Shown: one piece after another, positions 11,201 through 21,266 of the stretch
Layout: the number at the start of each line of letters is the position of its first letter
Position numbering within the stretch: position 1 is the first letter of the stretch
Source of the DNA: an uncultured delta proteobacterium
GTDB taxonomy: Bacteria; Desulfobacterota; Binatia; Binatales; Binataceae
Length of the DNA stretch: 64,000 nt
Direction: 5' to 3'
NCBI GenBank assembly: GCA_963711565.1
Contig: CAVQEQ010000001.1
Coordinates: 1,216,001-1,280,000, forward strand
Made by a program: the position numbers and the translations under genes
The notes under the pieces: model-generated
The model's database searches: none
The model's input: the letters and a program-made list of their open reading frames with translations, nothing else
Told to the model about the DNA's origin: nothing

Positions 11201-12304
11201 TCAGCGCACGTAGATCGGATTCGACATGATCCAGAGCTTGCCGCTGCGGTAGGCTTCGATTCGGTACGCGCCCGGCGACTTCGGCGCGAACTCGAACGTC
11301 GAGGTGTTGTCGGCCGACGTTACTTCGGCGCCGTCCTGGTATATCGCGATTCGATCCGCCGGCGCAGGCAGCTCAGTCTTGAGGGTCAGTCCGGGCGCGA
11401 GATGGATTTCGTCGCCCATCATCGCGATCGCGTCGCCGACGTGCGCGAAGAACGCGAACGCGCCGACGTAGCCGAGATAGTCGAAGCTCGTGTACGAATG
11501 CCCGAGCCGGAGCGCCTCGAGGATCGGCGCCGTGTCGCGCTCGCGCGCAATCAGATGCGTCGTACAGAACAGAAAGAGTTGCGGCAGCGTGCCGACCTTC
11601 GCGCCGAGCACGTTCAGGTTGTCGGGCGCGCCCGTTCCGGCGAGCATCGCAACTCGCGCGCCGGTCGTCATCCGGTCGTAGAGCGCGAGGTTCGCGTCGG
11701 GGCGGACGTCGAGGCCGGTCAGGAAATGATCGGTGCCGGAAAAAATCGCGCGGAGGTAGAGCGTCGTCGGACTTTGCGCGAGCCACGCCGCGCTCTGGCT
11801 GTACACTTCCATCGCGTCCGCCAGCGCGTAGTCTTCCGACGATTCGAACTTGGCGGGGTCGGCCGCGATCGCAAGCCCGCCTTGGTCGTGAATCGCCTCG
11901 ATCAAATCGTTAGGCGTCAGGTTGGGCTTGATCGGCTCGTGGAGGTTCGCGCCGATTATCCGGCTGCCGCCGACATCGAACGCGCCGCCCGAAATAAAGA
12001 GTATGTCGTCAGTGAAGCCGGCGATGCCGAAGTCGGTGTCACCGGGCTGGACGCGATCGGCGAGAAAAATGAAATCGATTTGCGAGGTCTTGGCCAGGTC
12101 CGCGATCGCCGTTTGATCCATCCCCGACGTTTTGATCGGCAGGTTGACGATCCCGCGATAATCGTGAAAGTCTGGAAACTCCGGCGCCGACTGGATATAG
12201 CGCGCGGGCGGAAGTTCGGTGCTGGGCAGCGGCGAGCTGCATGCTGTGAGAGCTAACACCGCAATGATTGAAAGGTGAAGCTGAAAAAAGCGGAGACGCA
12301 GCAT
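11201..12304 (-). CDS. Lipoprotein with PHP/CehA-McbA-like metallohydrolase fold (His ligands appear lost)
   Basis: Lipobox LTAC; IHDQGGLAIAADP; GAYRIEAY...WIMSNPIYV C-terminus. Confidence 0.65.
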   Translation of the reverse strand: MLRLRFFQLHLSIIAVLALTACSSPLPSTELPPARYIQSAPEFPDFHDYRGIVNLPIKTSGMDQTAIADLAKTSQIDFIFLADRVQPGDTDFGIAGFTDDILFISGGAFDVGGSRIIGANLHEPIKPNLTPNDLIEAIHDQGGLAIAADPAKFESSEDYALADAMEVYSQSAAWLAQSPTTLYLRAIFSGTDHFLTGLDVRPDANLALYDRMTTGARVAMLAGTGAPDNLNVLGAKVGTLPQLFLFCTTHLIARERDTAPILEALRLGHSYTSFDYLGYVGAFAFFAHVGDAIAMMGDEIHLAPGLTLKTELPAPADRIAIYQDGAEVTSADNTSTFEFAPKSPGAYRIEAYRSGKLWIMSNPIYVR

Positions 12305-13071
12305 CAGAGGATCGAGCGTCCCTGCGCGCCGTCGACCGGGATGTTCGCGCCGGTTATCCAGCTCGCGCGCGGCGATGCAAGCATCACGACCGCGTAAGCG
12401 ACTTCGTCGGGACGGCCCAGGCGTCCGGCCGGCAGCTCGTGGCTGATGAAATCCTTCTCGAACGCTGGATTCTCGCGAAAGAGCTGCTCCCAGATTCCGC
12501 CCGGCGTGAGTATCGAGCCCGGCGCGATCGTGTTGACGCGAATATTTTTCGGCGCGTACTCGCGCGCGAGCATCTTGGTGAACGAATGCAGCGCCGCCTT
12601 CGATGCGTTGTATGTCAGCGGTCCGCCCGACTCGCGCCCGTAAATCGAACCGATATTGATAATCGAGCCGCCGCGGCGCTTCTCCATGTATGTCGCGCAA
12701 AGCCTCGCGAGCCGCACCGGCGCGAACAGATTCAGATCGAATTGCTCCTGCCATGCAGACTCGGGCAGCTCCGCTAGCGCCCCCGGCCGCGCCGCGCCCG
12801 CATTGTTGACCAGCACGTCAATGCCGCCGAAGTTTTTCAGGGTCTCCTCGACCCACCTTTGCGCATCGACAGGTTTGGTAATGTCGCCGACAAATCCCAT
12901 CGCCGACCCGGTCTTCGATAGCGCGGCGACGGCTTCGTTCAACGTGTCGCGAGTTCGCGCGCATACGCTGACGTGCATTCCTTCGTCCGCGAGCGCATGG
13001 GCCATCGCGAGGCCCAGCCCTTGGCTGCCGCCAGTTACCATCGCGACCTTCCCCATCAATCCCAAATCCAT
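12304..13071 (-). CDS. Short-chain dehydrogenase/reductase
   Basis: TGGSQGLG, VNNAG, YNASK, IPVDGA. Confidence 0.95.
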   Translation of the reverse strand: MDLGLMGKVAMVTGGSQGLGLAMAHALADEGMHVSVCARTRDTLNEAVAALSKTGSAMGFVGDITKPVDAQRWVEETLKNFGGIDVLVNNAGAARPGALAELPESAWQEQFDLNLFAPVRLARLCATYMEKRRGGSIINIGSIYGRESGGPLTYNASKAALHSFTKMLAREYAPKNIRVNTIAPGSILTPGGIWEQLFRENPAFEKDFISHELPAGRLGRPDEVAYAVVMLASPRASWITGANIPVDGAQGRSIL

Positions 13072-13161
13072 CTCGAAGCTCCTTCTGAACACTGGGTCCA
13101 GAGGTCACCCTGGTCTTTTACCAGACGCGGGTTGTGCGCATGAAGCGGAATTGCGCGATGT

Positions 13162-13638
13162 ATGCTTAACTCTGCCGGGAAGTCGAAGATGCAGCTTTCC
13201 GGAAACTTCGCGCGACTTGGATGTATAGTGCTCGTCGGTTGTCTGCTCGCAGGCTGCAGAGTCGGTATCATTGCGGATTCGGCGGACGATACACGAGCGT
13301 GGCAGGGTGCCTGGAGAATGGTCTCCACAACCTACGATGGCGAGCCGCAAACGGCCGACATGGAGTGGATCGTAGACGGCGACCACTACACGATCCGGCT
13401 GAACGGGCAGTCCCATGAGGATCCCTACACGTTCACGCTCGACCCGCGTCGGAAGCAAATCAACGTCTTTCATCACGAGACGCCGCCAGGGACTTACGGC
13501 GGCAGCTTGAAGGGAATTTACGAGATCAAGGCCGATTCCCTGACAGTGTGTTACGACCTGACCGGCCAACGATACCCGGAATCTTTTGATGCAAAGGAAG
13601 GCTCGCGGCAGGTGCTCTACCAGTTTCGGCGGGAGTGA
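13162..13638 (+). CDS. TIGR03067-like domain protein (exported)
   Basis: WQGAW...FTLDP...KGIYEIKADSLTVCY...RYPESF. Confidence 0.75.
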   Translation: MLNSAGKSKMQLSGNFARLGCIVLVGCLLAGCRVGIIADSADDTRAWQGAWRMVSTTYDGEPQTADMEWIVDGDHYTIRLNGQSHEDPYTFTLDPRRKQINVFHHETPPGTYGGSLKGIYEIKADSLTVCYDLTGQRYPESFDAKEGSRQVLYQFRRE

Positions 13639-13673
13639 CAGCCGCGCTGTTCCCGCCGGTACGACTTCGCAGG

Positions 13674-13702
13674 TTGACTCTGACCGGGGGCGGACTTAGA
13701 CT
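13674..13702 (+). promoter_or_regulatory. Sigma70-type promoter of rpsU
   Basis: TTGACT-17 bp-TAGACT. Confidence 0.6.
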
Positions 13703-13734
13703 CGATAGGCTAATCACCGGACGGACGGAGGACT

Positions 13735-13932
13735 ATGGAAATTCGGGTCGAAGGCTCTCTTGATCAGGCGATGCGAGTGCTCAAACGCAAGCTGGCCAAG
13801 GAGGGCGTCTTCAAAGAGATGAAGAAGCGGGCCTTTTACGAGAAGCCCAGCGTCCGCCGCAAGCGCAAACGTTCAGAGGCCCAGCGCCGCCGCCGCAAGG
13901 AACAGCGCCGCCGTCGCGCCTCCGCGATGTAG
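13735..13932 (+). CDS. rpsU: 30S ribosomal protein S21
   Basis: LDQAMRVLKRKLAKEGVFKEMKKRAFYEKPS; GGAGG RBS. Confidence 0.96.
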   Translation: MEIRVEGSLDQAMRVLKRKLAKEGVFKEMKKRAFYEKPSVRRKRKRSEAQRRRRKEQRRRRASAM

Positions 13933-13959
13933 TCCGAAAAAAGTTTCGATCGCTAATCG

Positions 13960-13993
13960 GGTGCTGGAGAAATCCAGCACCTGTTTCTTTTTT
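13960..13993 (+). terminator. Rho-independent terminator
   Basis: GGTGCTGGA-GAAA-TCCAGCACC followed by TGTTTCTTTTTT. Confidence 0.75.
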
Positions 13994-14075
13994 CAGTGAA
14001 GCCGCTTTGGGCGAGTTCACCGGCGAAAATTTCCTTCGTGTCTTGCGATGCGCAGTGCGGTTTTTGTCGATTTGA

Positions 14076-14933
14076 TCAGGCGGGCTTGCGAGCGCGGACG
14101 AATGCGCTCATGAACATCCCATCGAGCTGCAGCGCGGCTTTGTCTGCGTCGAGCCCGGCCTGCGCGAACCATTCACTGCATTGCGCGGCGGAATAGATGC
14201 GGGTTGGCTCAACGTTGATCGTCTTAAATCCCGCAGCCGCGAGTTTTGCGCGGTAGTCGGATTCTTCCAGCGCGCCCGCGATACATCCGGACCACAATTC
14301 GGGATGGCGGCGGACTTCGGCGGGAACCTCGCCGCGAGCGACGACGTCGGAAATCGCCAGGCGGCCGGCGGGCTTGAGTACTCGAAGCGCCTCGCGCAGA
14401 ACGCGATCCTTGTCGCCTGAGAGATTGATCACGCAATTGGATATGATCACATCGACGCTATTGTCGGGCAGCGGGATGTTCTCGATCTCGCCCTTCAGAA
14501 ACTCGACATTATCAACGCCGGCCCGGCGCTGATTGTCACGCGCGAGTGCGAGCATCTCGTCCGTCATGTCGAGCCCGTAAGCCTTGCCGGCGGGACCGAC
14601 GCGGCGGGCGGACAGGAGCACGTCGATGCCGCCGCCCGAGCCGAGATCGAGCACCGTCTCTCCCGGCTTCAGCTCCGCCAGCGCGGTGGGATTGCCGCAT
14701 CCGAGAGACGCCGCGATTGCGTCCGCCGGCAAGCCGGCCTTCTCGTGATCCTGATAGAGGTTCGACGTAATGGGATCCGCGGATGCGTTGCTGCCGCAGC
14801 ACGACGGCTTTGCCTTTGATACCTTTGGTGCGCCGCCGCAGCATGCCGGCGTGTCGGAGTTCTGACGGACGCGCCGCGCCTCCTCGGCGTAACGCTCCCT
14901 CACCTGTTCCTTGATACTGGTCGCGTCTTCCAT
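14076..14933 (-). CDS. arsM: Arsenite S-adenosylmethionine methyltransferase
   Basis: SLGCGNP, VLDLGSGGGID, ISNCVINL, WSGCIAGAL, N-terminal CC pairs. Confidence 0.92.
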   Translation of the reverse strand: MEDATSIKEQVRERYAEEARRVRQNSDTPACCGGAPKVSKAKPSCCGSNASADPITSNLYQDHEKAGLPADAIAASLGCGNPTALAELKPGETVLDLGSGGGIDVLLSARRVGPAGKAYGLDMTDEMLALARDNQRRAGVDNVEFLKGEIENIPLPDNSVDVIISNCVINLSGDKDRVLREALRVLKPAGRLAISDVVARGEVPAEVRRHPELWSGCIAGALEESDYRAKLAAAGFKTINVEPTRIYSAAQCSEWFAQAGLDADKAALQLDGMFMSAFVRARKPA

Positions 14934-14948
14934 GATGCGCCGGTCGAG

Positions 14949-15647
14949 CTATTCGGGTAACGGACGCCAGGTGAAGATCACCTGGCCGCCGGCGACGTAG
15001 CAGTCCAAATCATAATGAGGCTGGCTGGCTTCCGTTCGATGGAGGCGAAAATTTTCGACCGCGCGATGCAACGCGTCGGGCGTGAGCGTCCCATCGACGC
15101 ACTTGCCCTCGAGCTGCTGCGCGCGCACCTCGGCGCCGAGATGAACCGGGAGGCAACGAGCGCCGCAATGCTGATCGAGAGGACCGGCGCCAACGCATGA
15201 ACATCGAAGGCACAACACGACCGGTCCGCGGGTGTCGCTCGGCGCGGCGAAGAATTCGCGCTCGAGGCGATCGAGGGCCATCGCACATTCGCACCATGCC
15301 TCGCGCGCTCGCTCGGCGGAAAAGCGGCGAATCGCCCGCGCCAGATCGCGCATCAACGCTTCATTCGAGCGCGGCTCGAGCGCGACGATCGAATCGTCCT
15401 CGATTCGCATCGAGGATCCCAGCTGCTCGGCCAGGAAGTGGCGCAGGTTGATCGGCAGGCGGCTACCGAGCTGGAGGCGCTGCGTCTCGAACGGCGCGGG
15501 CTCGATTGGCGCGATCCGCGACGGGCGCGAAAACGTTCGCGGGTTGGCGAATACCGATAGTGATTGGAGACGTTCCAACGGCGACGGCGCGCCGTACGCA
15601 AATCGCGATGCGTGGGCGCGTCGATGAACCAGGGGTCCGTTTCGCAC
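14949..15647 (-). CDS. Hypothetical protein with Cys-rich segment
   Basis: 232-aa ORF co-oriented upstream of arsM; CLRCSC..HC..RC; start uncertain. Confidence 0.5.
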   Translation of the reverse strand: MRNGPLVHRRAHASRFAYGAPSPLERLQSLSVFANPRTFSRPSRIAPIEPAPFETQRLQLGSRLPINLRHFLAEQLGSSMRIEDDSIVALEPRSNEALMRDLARAIRRFSAERAREAWCECAMALDRLEREFFAAPSDTRGPVVLCLRCSCVGAGPLDQHCGARCLPVHLGAEVRAQQLEGKCVDGTLTPDALHRAVENFRLHRTEASQPHYDLDCYVAGGQVIFTWRPLPE

Positions 15648-16527
15648 AGTCTCAACCTCCCAGGGCTTCGAGTTCCGGTCGGCGTGCCGCGCACGCGGGC
15701 TTGCCGCCGGACACCGTCAGGGGCCGTCGGATGGATATGTCAAATTTCGATTTGTAACTGCGATTGATGGAAGAGAAACGGAATCGGGGAGAATGGGAAC
15801 TGCGTCTTATCGCCGTCGCGCCGCGCCAATAACAACGGCCGCGGCGCCCGGCGACGCCGACTTCAGGGCTGCGTGATCGAAAAGCGCCAAAACAAAACTG
15901 CGCCATGCGCACCGGCTCTTTTCATCGGACCATCAGCCCAGCTCGGCATCTCGCGATGCCCGCCCGCCTGCCCGCACCACAACACATTCCAAGCAGCGGC
16001 TCGATGGATAATGCGCGCGTCAACTAGGTCGTCAAATCCCCCGACTTGGCCGTTGCGATCCGCGCGACGTTTTCAGGCCACCAAGAGTAACAATCAGTGA
16101 GACGGCTTCTTAACTAGCGCGCGTACCGAGGTCGGGCAACATCGCGCGCGCGATTTAGAATCGACTTCAAACTTGACAACCGGTGGCCCAAGTGCCCTCT
16201 TTTGCGTGCGCTAGCGCTAAGCACACAGGGGCAAAATGAGATGCGCTAATGAGGCGCCATTGCGGGCGCGGCGCGCATCTCGTCATGTCGGCACTGAACA
16301 AATGTTCCAGTGCTTCAAGCCGGGCTGGGGTTTGTCGCGCATGCGACATATTGATCTTCAGTCTCGGAACGCGCGCGAACGTTGCTAACTCGCGCCGGGA
16401 TCGACCAACGCGCGAGAATTAAGAGAACAAATCCGTTGCCTCAACCGCGATGACCGCAAGGCTGGTTGTCGTCCAGTGAAAAATTTCAGAAACCTCGCGT
16501 GGGTTTCGTTCAGATGTACCGAATCTG

Positions 16528-18111
16528 TTAATGCACCGCTTCGGCCGGCAAGTTGCGCGTGTCGCGCTTGAGGAACAGAAACGTCGGCACGAGGATCAGC
16601 ATCAGCACAGTCAGGTCCCGGTAGATGTCGTTGAACGACAGCATCGCCGCCTGCCGCTGCACCATCCCGTAGAGCATCGCCATGCCGTGCTTGTGGCCCA
16701 TCGCGAATTCGTTGCCCATGTTGACGCCGCCCGGCATCTGCATATGCGGGAGCGTGAAGACCGTGATGTGCTCGACGAGGTAGCTCTGATTGATCTGCTG
16801 GCGATGGATCAGCAGCGTCGTCAGGTACGAGGTGCCGATCGCGGCGCCCAAGTTGCGCGTGACGGAATAGAGGCTCGCGGCGCGACCCATCTTGAACTTC
16901 TCCATCGAGCTGAGCGCGGCCGCCGACAAGCCGGGGAATATCAACCCGGTTCCCACTCCCTGGATCACGGTCGGCCACACGATTCGCTTCACATCCGAAT
17001 CGAGATTCAGCCCCGCCATCCGCCACATCGCGATCGCGACGAGGAGAAAGCCGATTCCGACCAGCGGCCGGATGTCACCGCCGCGCCGCGCGATAGCGCC
17101 AAGTATGATCATCGAAAACATCGTGCCGAAGCCGCGCGGGGCCATCACCAGTCCGGCCTTCGACGCCGTGTAACCGAGCGTCTCCTGCAGAAACACGGGA
17201 TTCAGGATCGCCGTGCCGTAGAGCGTGAAGGTCAGAAAAATTATCAGCACCACCGGCAGGGTGAAGTTCATGTTCTCGAGGATCGAGAGATCGACGACCG
17301 GGTCCTCGGTGTGCAGTTCGTGGTAGATGAGAATCCCGAGCGAGATGAGCGCGGCGGCCGTGCAATAAACCACCCACGGGCTGGTGAACCAGTCGGCGCG
17401 CTCGCCGCGATCGAGCACGATTTCGCCAAGGCCGAGCGTGACGAACAGGCACGCGATACCGATCAGGTTGACGCGCCCGCGGCGCAGGTTGCGCATGTAC
17501 GACGGGTCGTCGACGAAGCGATAGACCATGAACGCCGCCAGCGTCCCGATCGGCACGTTGATATAGAAATTCCAGCGCCAGCTCCACGCGTCGGTGATAT
17601 AGCCGCCGATCGTCGGGCCCATGATCGGCGCGACCATCATCCCGATTCCCCACACCGCCATCGCCATCGCCTGCTCGCGCGGCGGAAACGTCTCCATCAG
17701 GATCGCCTGCGACAGCGGCATCATTGCCGCGCCCGCCGCCCCCTGCATCAGGCGGAAAAACACGATCTGGTTGAGGGATTGCGCCACACCGCACAGCGCC
17801 GACGACACGATAAACATCGTGATCGACGCGACGAAGTAGCGCTTGCGGCCGAAGCGCTCGGCTATCCACCCGGTCATCGGGATCATGATTCCCGCCGCGA
17901 CCAGGTACGACGTAACGACCCACGCGATTTCGTCGACGCTCGCGGAGAAACTGCCCTGCATATGCGGCAGAGAGACGTTGACGATCGAGGAGTCGAGGAC
18001 CTCGAGCACGGTACCAAGCATCACGGAGAACGCGATCACCCACTTACGCGTCGAGGAGAACTCATGCACCTCGTGCGTAGTCTGGGTGATCGTTTTAGGC
18101 GCAACAGCCAT
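16528..18111 (-). CDS. DHA2/EmrB-family MFS efflux permease
   Basis: LEVLDSSIVNVSLPHM, WVVTSYL, GPTIGGYITD, multiple TM helices. Confidence 0.95.
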   Translation of the reverse strand: MAVAPKTITQTTHEVHEFSSTRKWVIAFSVMLGTVLEVLDSSIVNVSLPHMQGSFSASVDEIAWVVTSYLVAAGIMIPMTGWIAERFGRKRYFVASITMFIVSSALCGVAQSLNQIVFFRLMQGAAGAAMMPLSQAILMETFPPREQAMAMAVWGIGMMVAPIMGPTIGGYITDAWSWRWNFYINVPIGTLAAFMVYRFVDDPSYMRNLRRGRVNLIGIACLFVTLGLGEIVLDRGERADWFTSPWVVYCTAAALISLGILIYHELHTEDPVVDLSILENMNFTLPVVLIIFLTFTLYGTAILNPVFLQETLGYTASKAGLVMAPRGFGTMFSMIILGAIARRGGDIRPLVGIGFLLVAIAMWRMAGLNLDSDVKRIVWPTVIQGVGTGLIFPGLSAAALSSMEKFKMGRAASLYSVTRNLGAAIGTSYLTTLLIHRQQINQSYLVEHITVFTLPHMQMPGGVNMGNEFAMGHKHGMAMLYGMVQRQAAMLSFNDIYRDLTVLMLILVPTFLFLKRDTRNLPAEAVH

Positions 18112-18189
18112 GGAGGAAATCCTCGTTCAAGGTACAAAGGCGTCGTCGCCGATGCAAAAGACTTGAACCGTCGATGCAGTCATATCCCC

Positions 18190-18432
18190 TTCGCCTCCCC
18201 CTCAATGGGGGAGGCCGACGCTCGTCGTCGAGCGTCGGGTGGAGGACCAAAATTTTCCGGATTCCGGATCTTCGGCACATCAGACAATCGCGCCTCACGA
18301 ATGTCCTCCACCCTCGCCCTCCTCCAGCGAAGGAGGAGGGTATTCAAGACACTGGGTGCAGGGGTCACCCCCCCGCGACGGTGTCGATGCCGAAGGAGGT
18401 GTGGAACCCACCGCGGGTTCCACTACAATCAA
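18190..18432 (+). repeat. Composite palindromic repeat, copy 1 (MITE/BIME-like)
   Basis: Aligns by eye along its length with 19796-20006 (direct) and partly with 24437-24594 (inverted). Confidence 0.85.
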
Positions 18433-18439
18433 GTTCCTC

Positions 18440-19783
18440 ATGCCTCCCTCCGCCACGCTCCCTCCCGGGCCGAACCTCTTCGCGACTTTCGATTTCGTGC
18501 GCAATCCGTTCCGCTTCCTCGACGAATGCGCGCGCCGCTACGGCGATTGGTTCACCGTGCGCGTGCCGGGAGTCTCTCCGTTCGTCTTCACCAGCGACCC
18601 GGCCGCCGTCCGCGAGGTTTTCCTCGGCGACCCCGACACTCTTCATGCCGGCGACGCCAACCGTCCCCTCGGCGCGTTCATGGGCGAGAAGTCGTCGCTG
18701 TTCCTCGACGGTGCGGAGCATCTGAGCCAGCGCCGTTTGCTGCTGCCGGCATTTCATGGCGAGCGGATGAGTTCGTATGCCGATACGATGCGCACGGCGG
18801 CCGCCAATGCGATCGCGTCTTGGCCTCTTGGGCAGCGCTTCCCGATTCATCCGCAAATGCGCGCGATCACGTTCGAAACGATCATCCGCGCCGTATTCGG
18901 ATTCCAGAACGATGCGGCAGGCGCGGAGCTGCGCGCCCTGATGAAGCAATTGTTCGATCTGTATTCGAGCCGCCTCGGCACGCTGTTCTCTCTGCCCGCG
19001 ATGCAAATCGACGCCGGCCGATGGAGTCCGTGGGGGCGCGCCGTCAGGCTGACGCGTCAGATCGATTCGATCCTCTACGCGGAGTTCGCGCGGCGGCGAA
19101 AAGAAGGCGTCGAGGGACGCGCGGACATCCTCTCGATGCTGCTGGCGGCACGCTACGAAGACGGACAGCCGCTCCCCGACGCGGTCATTCGCGACGAGAT
19201 GTACACTCTCATGCTAGCGGGCCACGAAACTACGGCAGCCACGATGGCGTGGGTCATCAACCGCATGCTCACCAACCCCAACGTGATGGAACGCGCGCGC
19301 GCCGAAGTTCTTTCAGTATTGGGAGACCAACAGCTCGATTCGTCGCACGTCGGCAAACTGAAATTTGTCGAGGCGGTAATCAACGAGACGATGCGCCTGG
19401 ACCCGGTCGTGCCGAACATCGGCCGCGGCTTGACGAAGCCGATGACCATCGCTGGCCGCCAACTCCCGGCAGGCGTAACAATCGCCCCATGCATCTACCT
19501 GATACATCGCCGCCGCGAACTATGGCCAAACCCCGACCAATTCAGCCCCGACAGATTCCTCGAGACCCGCCCGAGCCCGTACACATTCCTCCCCTTCGGC
19601 GGCGGCCCAAGAAGATGCCTCGGCGCAGCGTTCGCAAGCTACCAGATGAAGATCGTAATCGTAGAAATCCTGTCGCGCGTAGATCTGAAGCCCGCGGAGG
19701 GCTACACCGCGCACGCCACCCGCCGCGGCATAGCATTCGCTCCGAGCGAGGGGATGCCGGTAATCGCTTCAAATCGTTCCTGA
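18440..19783 (+). CDS. Cytochrome P450
   Basis: AGHETT, ETMR (ExxR), PDRF, FGGGPRRCLG heme motif; the ORF-track N-terminal extension is repeat-derived. Confidence 0.96.
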   Translation: MPPSATLPPGPNLFATFDFVRNPFRFLDECARRYGDWFTVRVPGVSPFVFTSDPAAVREVFLGDPDTLHAGDANRPLGAFMGEKSSLFLDGAEHLSQRRLLLPAFHGERMSSYADTMRTAAANAIASWPLGQRFPIHPQMRAITFETIIRAVFGFQNDAAGAELRALMKQLFDLYSSRLGTLFSLPAMQIDAGRWSPWGRAVRLTRQIDSILYAEFARRRKEGVEGRADILSMLLAARYEDGQPLPDAVIRDEMYTLMLAGHETTAATMAWVINRMLTNPNVMERARAEVLSVLGDQQLDSSHVGKLKFVEAVINETMRLDPVVPNIGRGLTKPMTIAGRQLPAGVTIAPCIYLIHRRRELWPNPDQFSPDRFLETRPSPYTFLPFGGGPRRCLGAAFASYQMKIVIVEILSRVDLKPAEGYTAHATRRGIAFAPSEGMPVIASNRS

Positions 19784-19795
19784 CAATGAGTTGTA

Positions 19796-20006
19796 GCCTC
19801 CTCCTACGTTGGAGGAGGCCGACGCTCGTCGTCGAGCGTCGGGTGGAGGACCAAATTTTCCGAATTCTGGGTCTTCGGCGCATACAAACAATCGCGCCGA
19901 AAATGGTCCTCCACCCTCGCCCTCCTCCGACGAAGGAGGAGGGTATTCAAGACACTGGGTGCAGGGGTCACCCCTGCAAACCCACCGCGGATTTCACTAC
20001 AATCAA
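19796..20006 (+). repeat. Composite palindromic repeat, copy 2
   Basis: GGAGGCCGACGCTCGTCGTCGAGCGTCGGGTGGAGGACC...GGGTATTCAAGACACTGGGTGCAGGGGTCACCCC...CACTACAATCAA shared with copy 1. Confidence 0.85.
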
Positions 20007-20011
20007 TCGCG

Positions 20012-20362
20012 ATGACCCCCGAAGACAAAAAGTTGATCACGATGATGACGCGGCTCTACGCCAAGACCAAAGCCGATCTCGTGGAATGGGAGCCGAGCGA
20101 GGACGCCAGTCTCTTCGCGGTGAAATTCTCGGATTACACGATCTCGATCCAGCACATGCTGGCGACCGGGAACAATCCGGAATGGTTCAATCTCGCCATC
20201 GCGAACAGCGACGGCGTGCCGATCCAGGAGATGGACAGCAAAACAGCCAGGGACAACGGCTTCGCCGACATGCCCGACCTCTTCTATCGCGCCCGCCGCC
20301 ACGCCGTGGACCTGAATGCCGCGCTGGACGACATACTCAAGGAACTTGATGAGTTGTCCTAG
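20012..20362 (+). CDS. Hypothetical protein
   Basis: 116-aa ORF with coding-like composition. Confidence 0.7.
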   Translation: MTPEDKKLITMMTRLYAKTKADLVEWEPSEDASLFAVKFSDYTISIQHMLATGNNPEWFNLAIANSDGVPIQEMDSKTARDNGFADMPDLFYRARRHAVDLNAALDDILKELDELS

Positions 20363-20477
20363 CACAAATCGTTAGGCGCGAGCGGTCTCTCAATCCGGTC
20401 ATCGGCGGGCGCGCGGAACTTCTTAAGAGTCGCCACGCGTCCACGCGACAACCGCAGCGTGAGACTCAGCGCGCGGC

Positions 20478-21266
20478 TCAAAGATGCCATCGCGCCGTAT
20501 ACGCCTTGCAAATTTGCGCAATCATCGCGCGGTAGTCGGCGTCGATATCAATTCCTAAGCCGTTCACTCGCGCCAAGTACGGAGGATTTACGTTGTCGAT
20601 GAAGGCCGGCACTAGAAGCACAAAATCATAGCCGAGCACGTGCGTATGACCCGGCTTTCGTGTCGGAAGACCTCGAAACTTCTTCGCCGTAGTTTTTGGA
20701 TCATTTGGCCGATTGTCACTCACGGCTTCTGAAAATTCTTTCCAAAGCCGAGTATCTCCCGAGGATAACCGTGGAACGATTTTTCTTAGGAACCTTTTGG
20801 GATTTTTCTTGAACTTTGGTTTTATTCGATCCGGGACGTTCAGCACTTTTTGTGCGACACCGATCAGTACTGTAGCGACCAATACCGCCTCTTCTCTGGC
20901 GGAATGAACCGCCTTCATTACCTCGTTCAGGTCTGTATATCGGGTGGTACGATTGCGATGAGCGGTGACCACTGATTTGTTCTCGATGCAGACCCTGACC
21001 TGCTCGAGGTCAGGCGGCGAGTCCTTATCGTTTCCTCGCGCTCCGCCTATGAGAAGGTCCAATGCCCTCTCGTCCTTTCCGGGAATCGGTATGTTCAGCC
21101 AGTATCTTATAGCGCCACTTTCGAGGTCAGCGCGGAGAGGCTCGCAGGTGCCGAGGAGGTCCTTCAGAATGCCAAGACTAACCGTGTCCGAATGGTCCTC
21201 CTTACGGTGGTTATGAAATCCCCGTGTCTTTATGTCTTCAATGACTTGATCGAAAGGCGTCGTCAT
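20478..21266 (-). CDS. Putative type II restriction endonuclease (PD-(D/E)XK)
   Basis: LDLLIG...CIENKS motif; ATGA overlap with the upstream methyltransferase; lower GC. Confidence 0.7.
   Translation of the reverse strand: MTTPFDQVIEDIKTRGFHNHRKEDHSDTVSLGILKDLLGTCEPLRADLESGAIRYWLNIPIPGKDERALDLLIGGARGNDKDSPPDLEQVRVCIENKSVVTAHRNRTTRYTDLNEVMKAVHSAREEAVLVATVLIGVAQKVLNVPDRIKPKFKKNPKRFLRKIVPRLSSGDTRLWKEFSEAVSDNRPNDPKTTAKKFRGLPTRKPGHTHVLGYDFVLLVPAFIDNVNPPYLARVNGLGIDIDADYRAMIAQICKAYTARWHL

Noticed and set aside
18239-18439. N-terminal extension of the P450
   Set aside because: It is the translated composite repeat; the P450-like sequence begins at ATG 18440
16531-20349. 1272-aa ORF on the + strand
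   Set aside because: Shadow frame: antisense to the EmrB gene, then out of frame through the repeats and the P450; Arg/His-rich with no motifs
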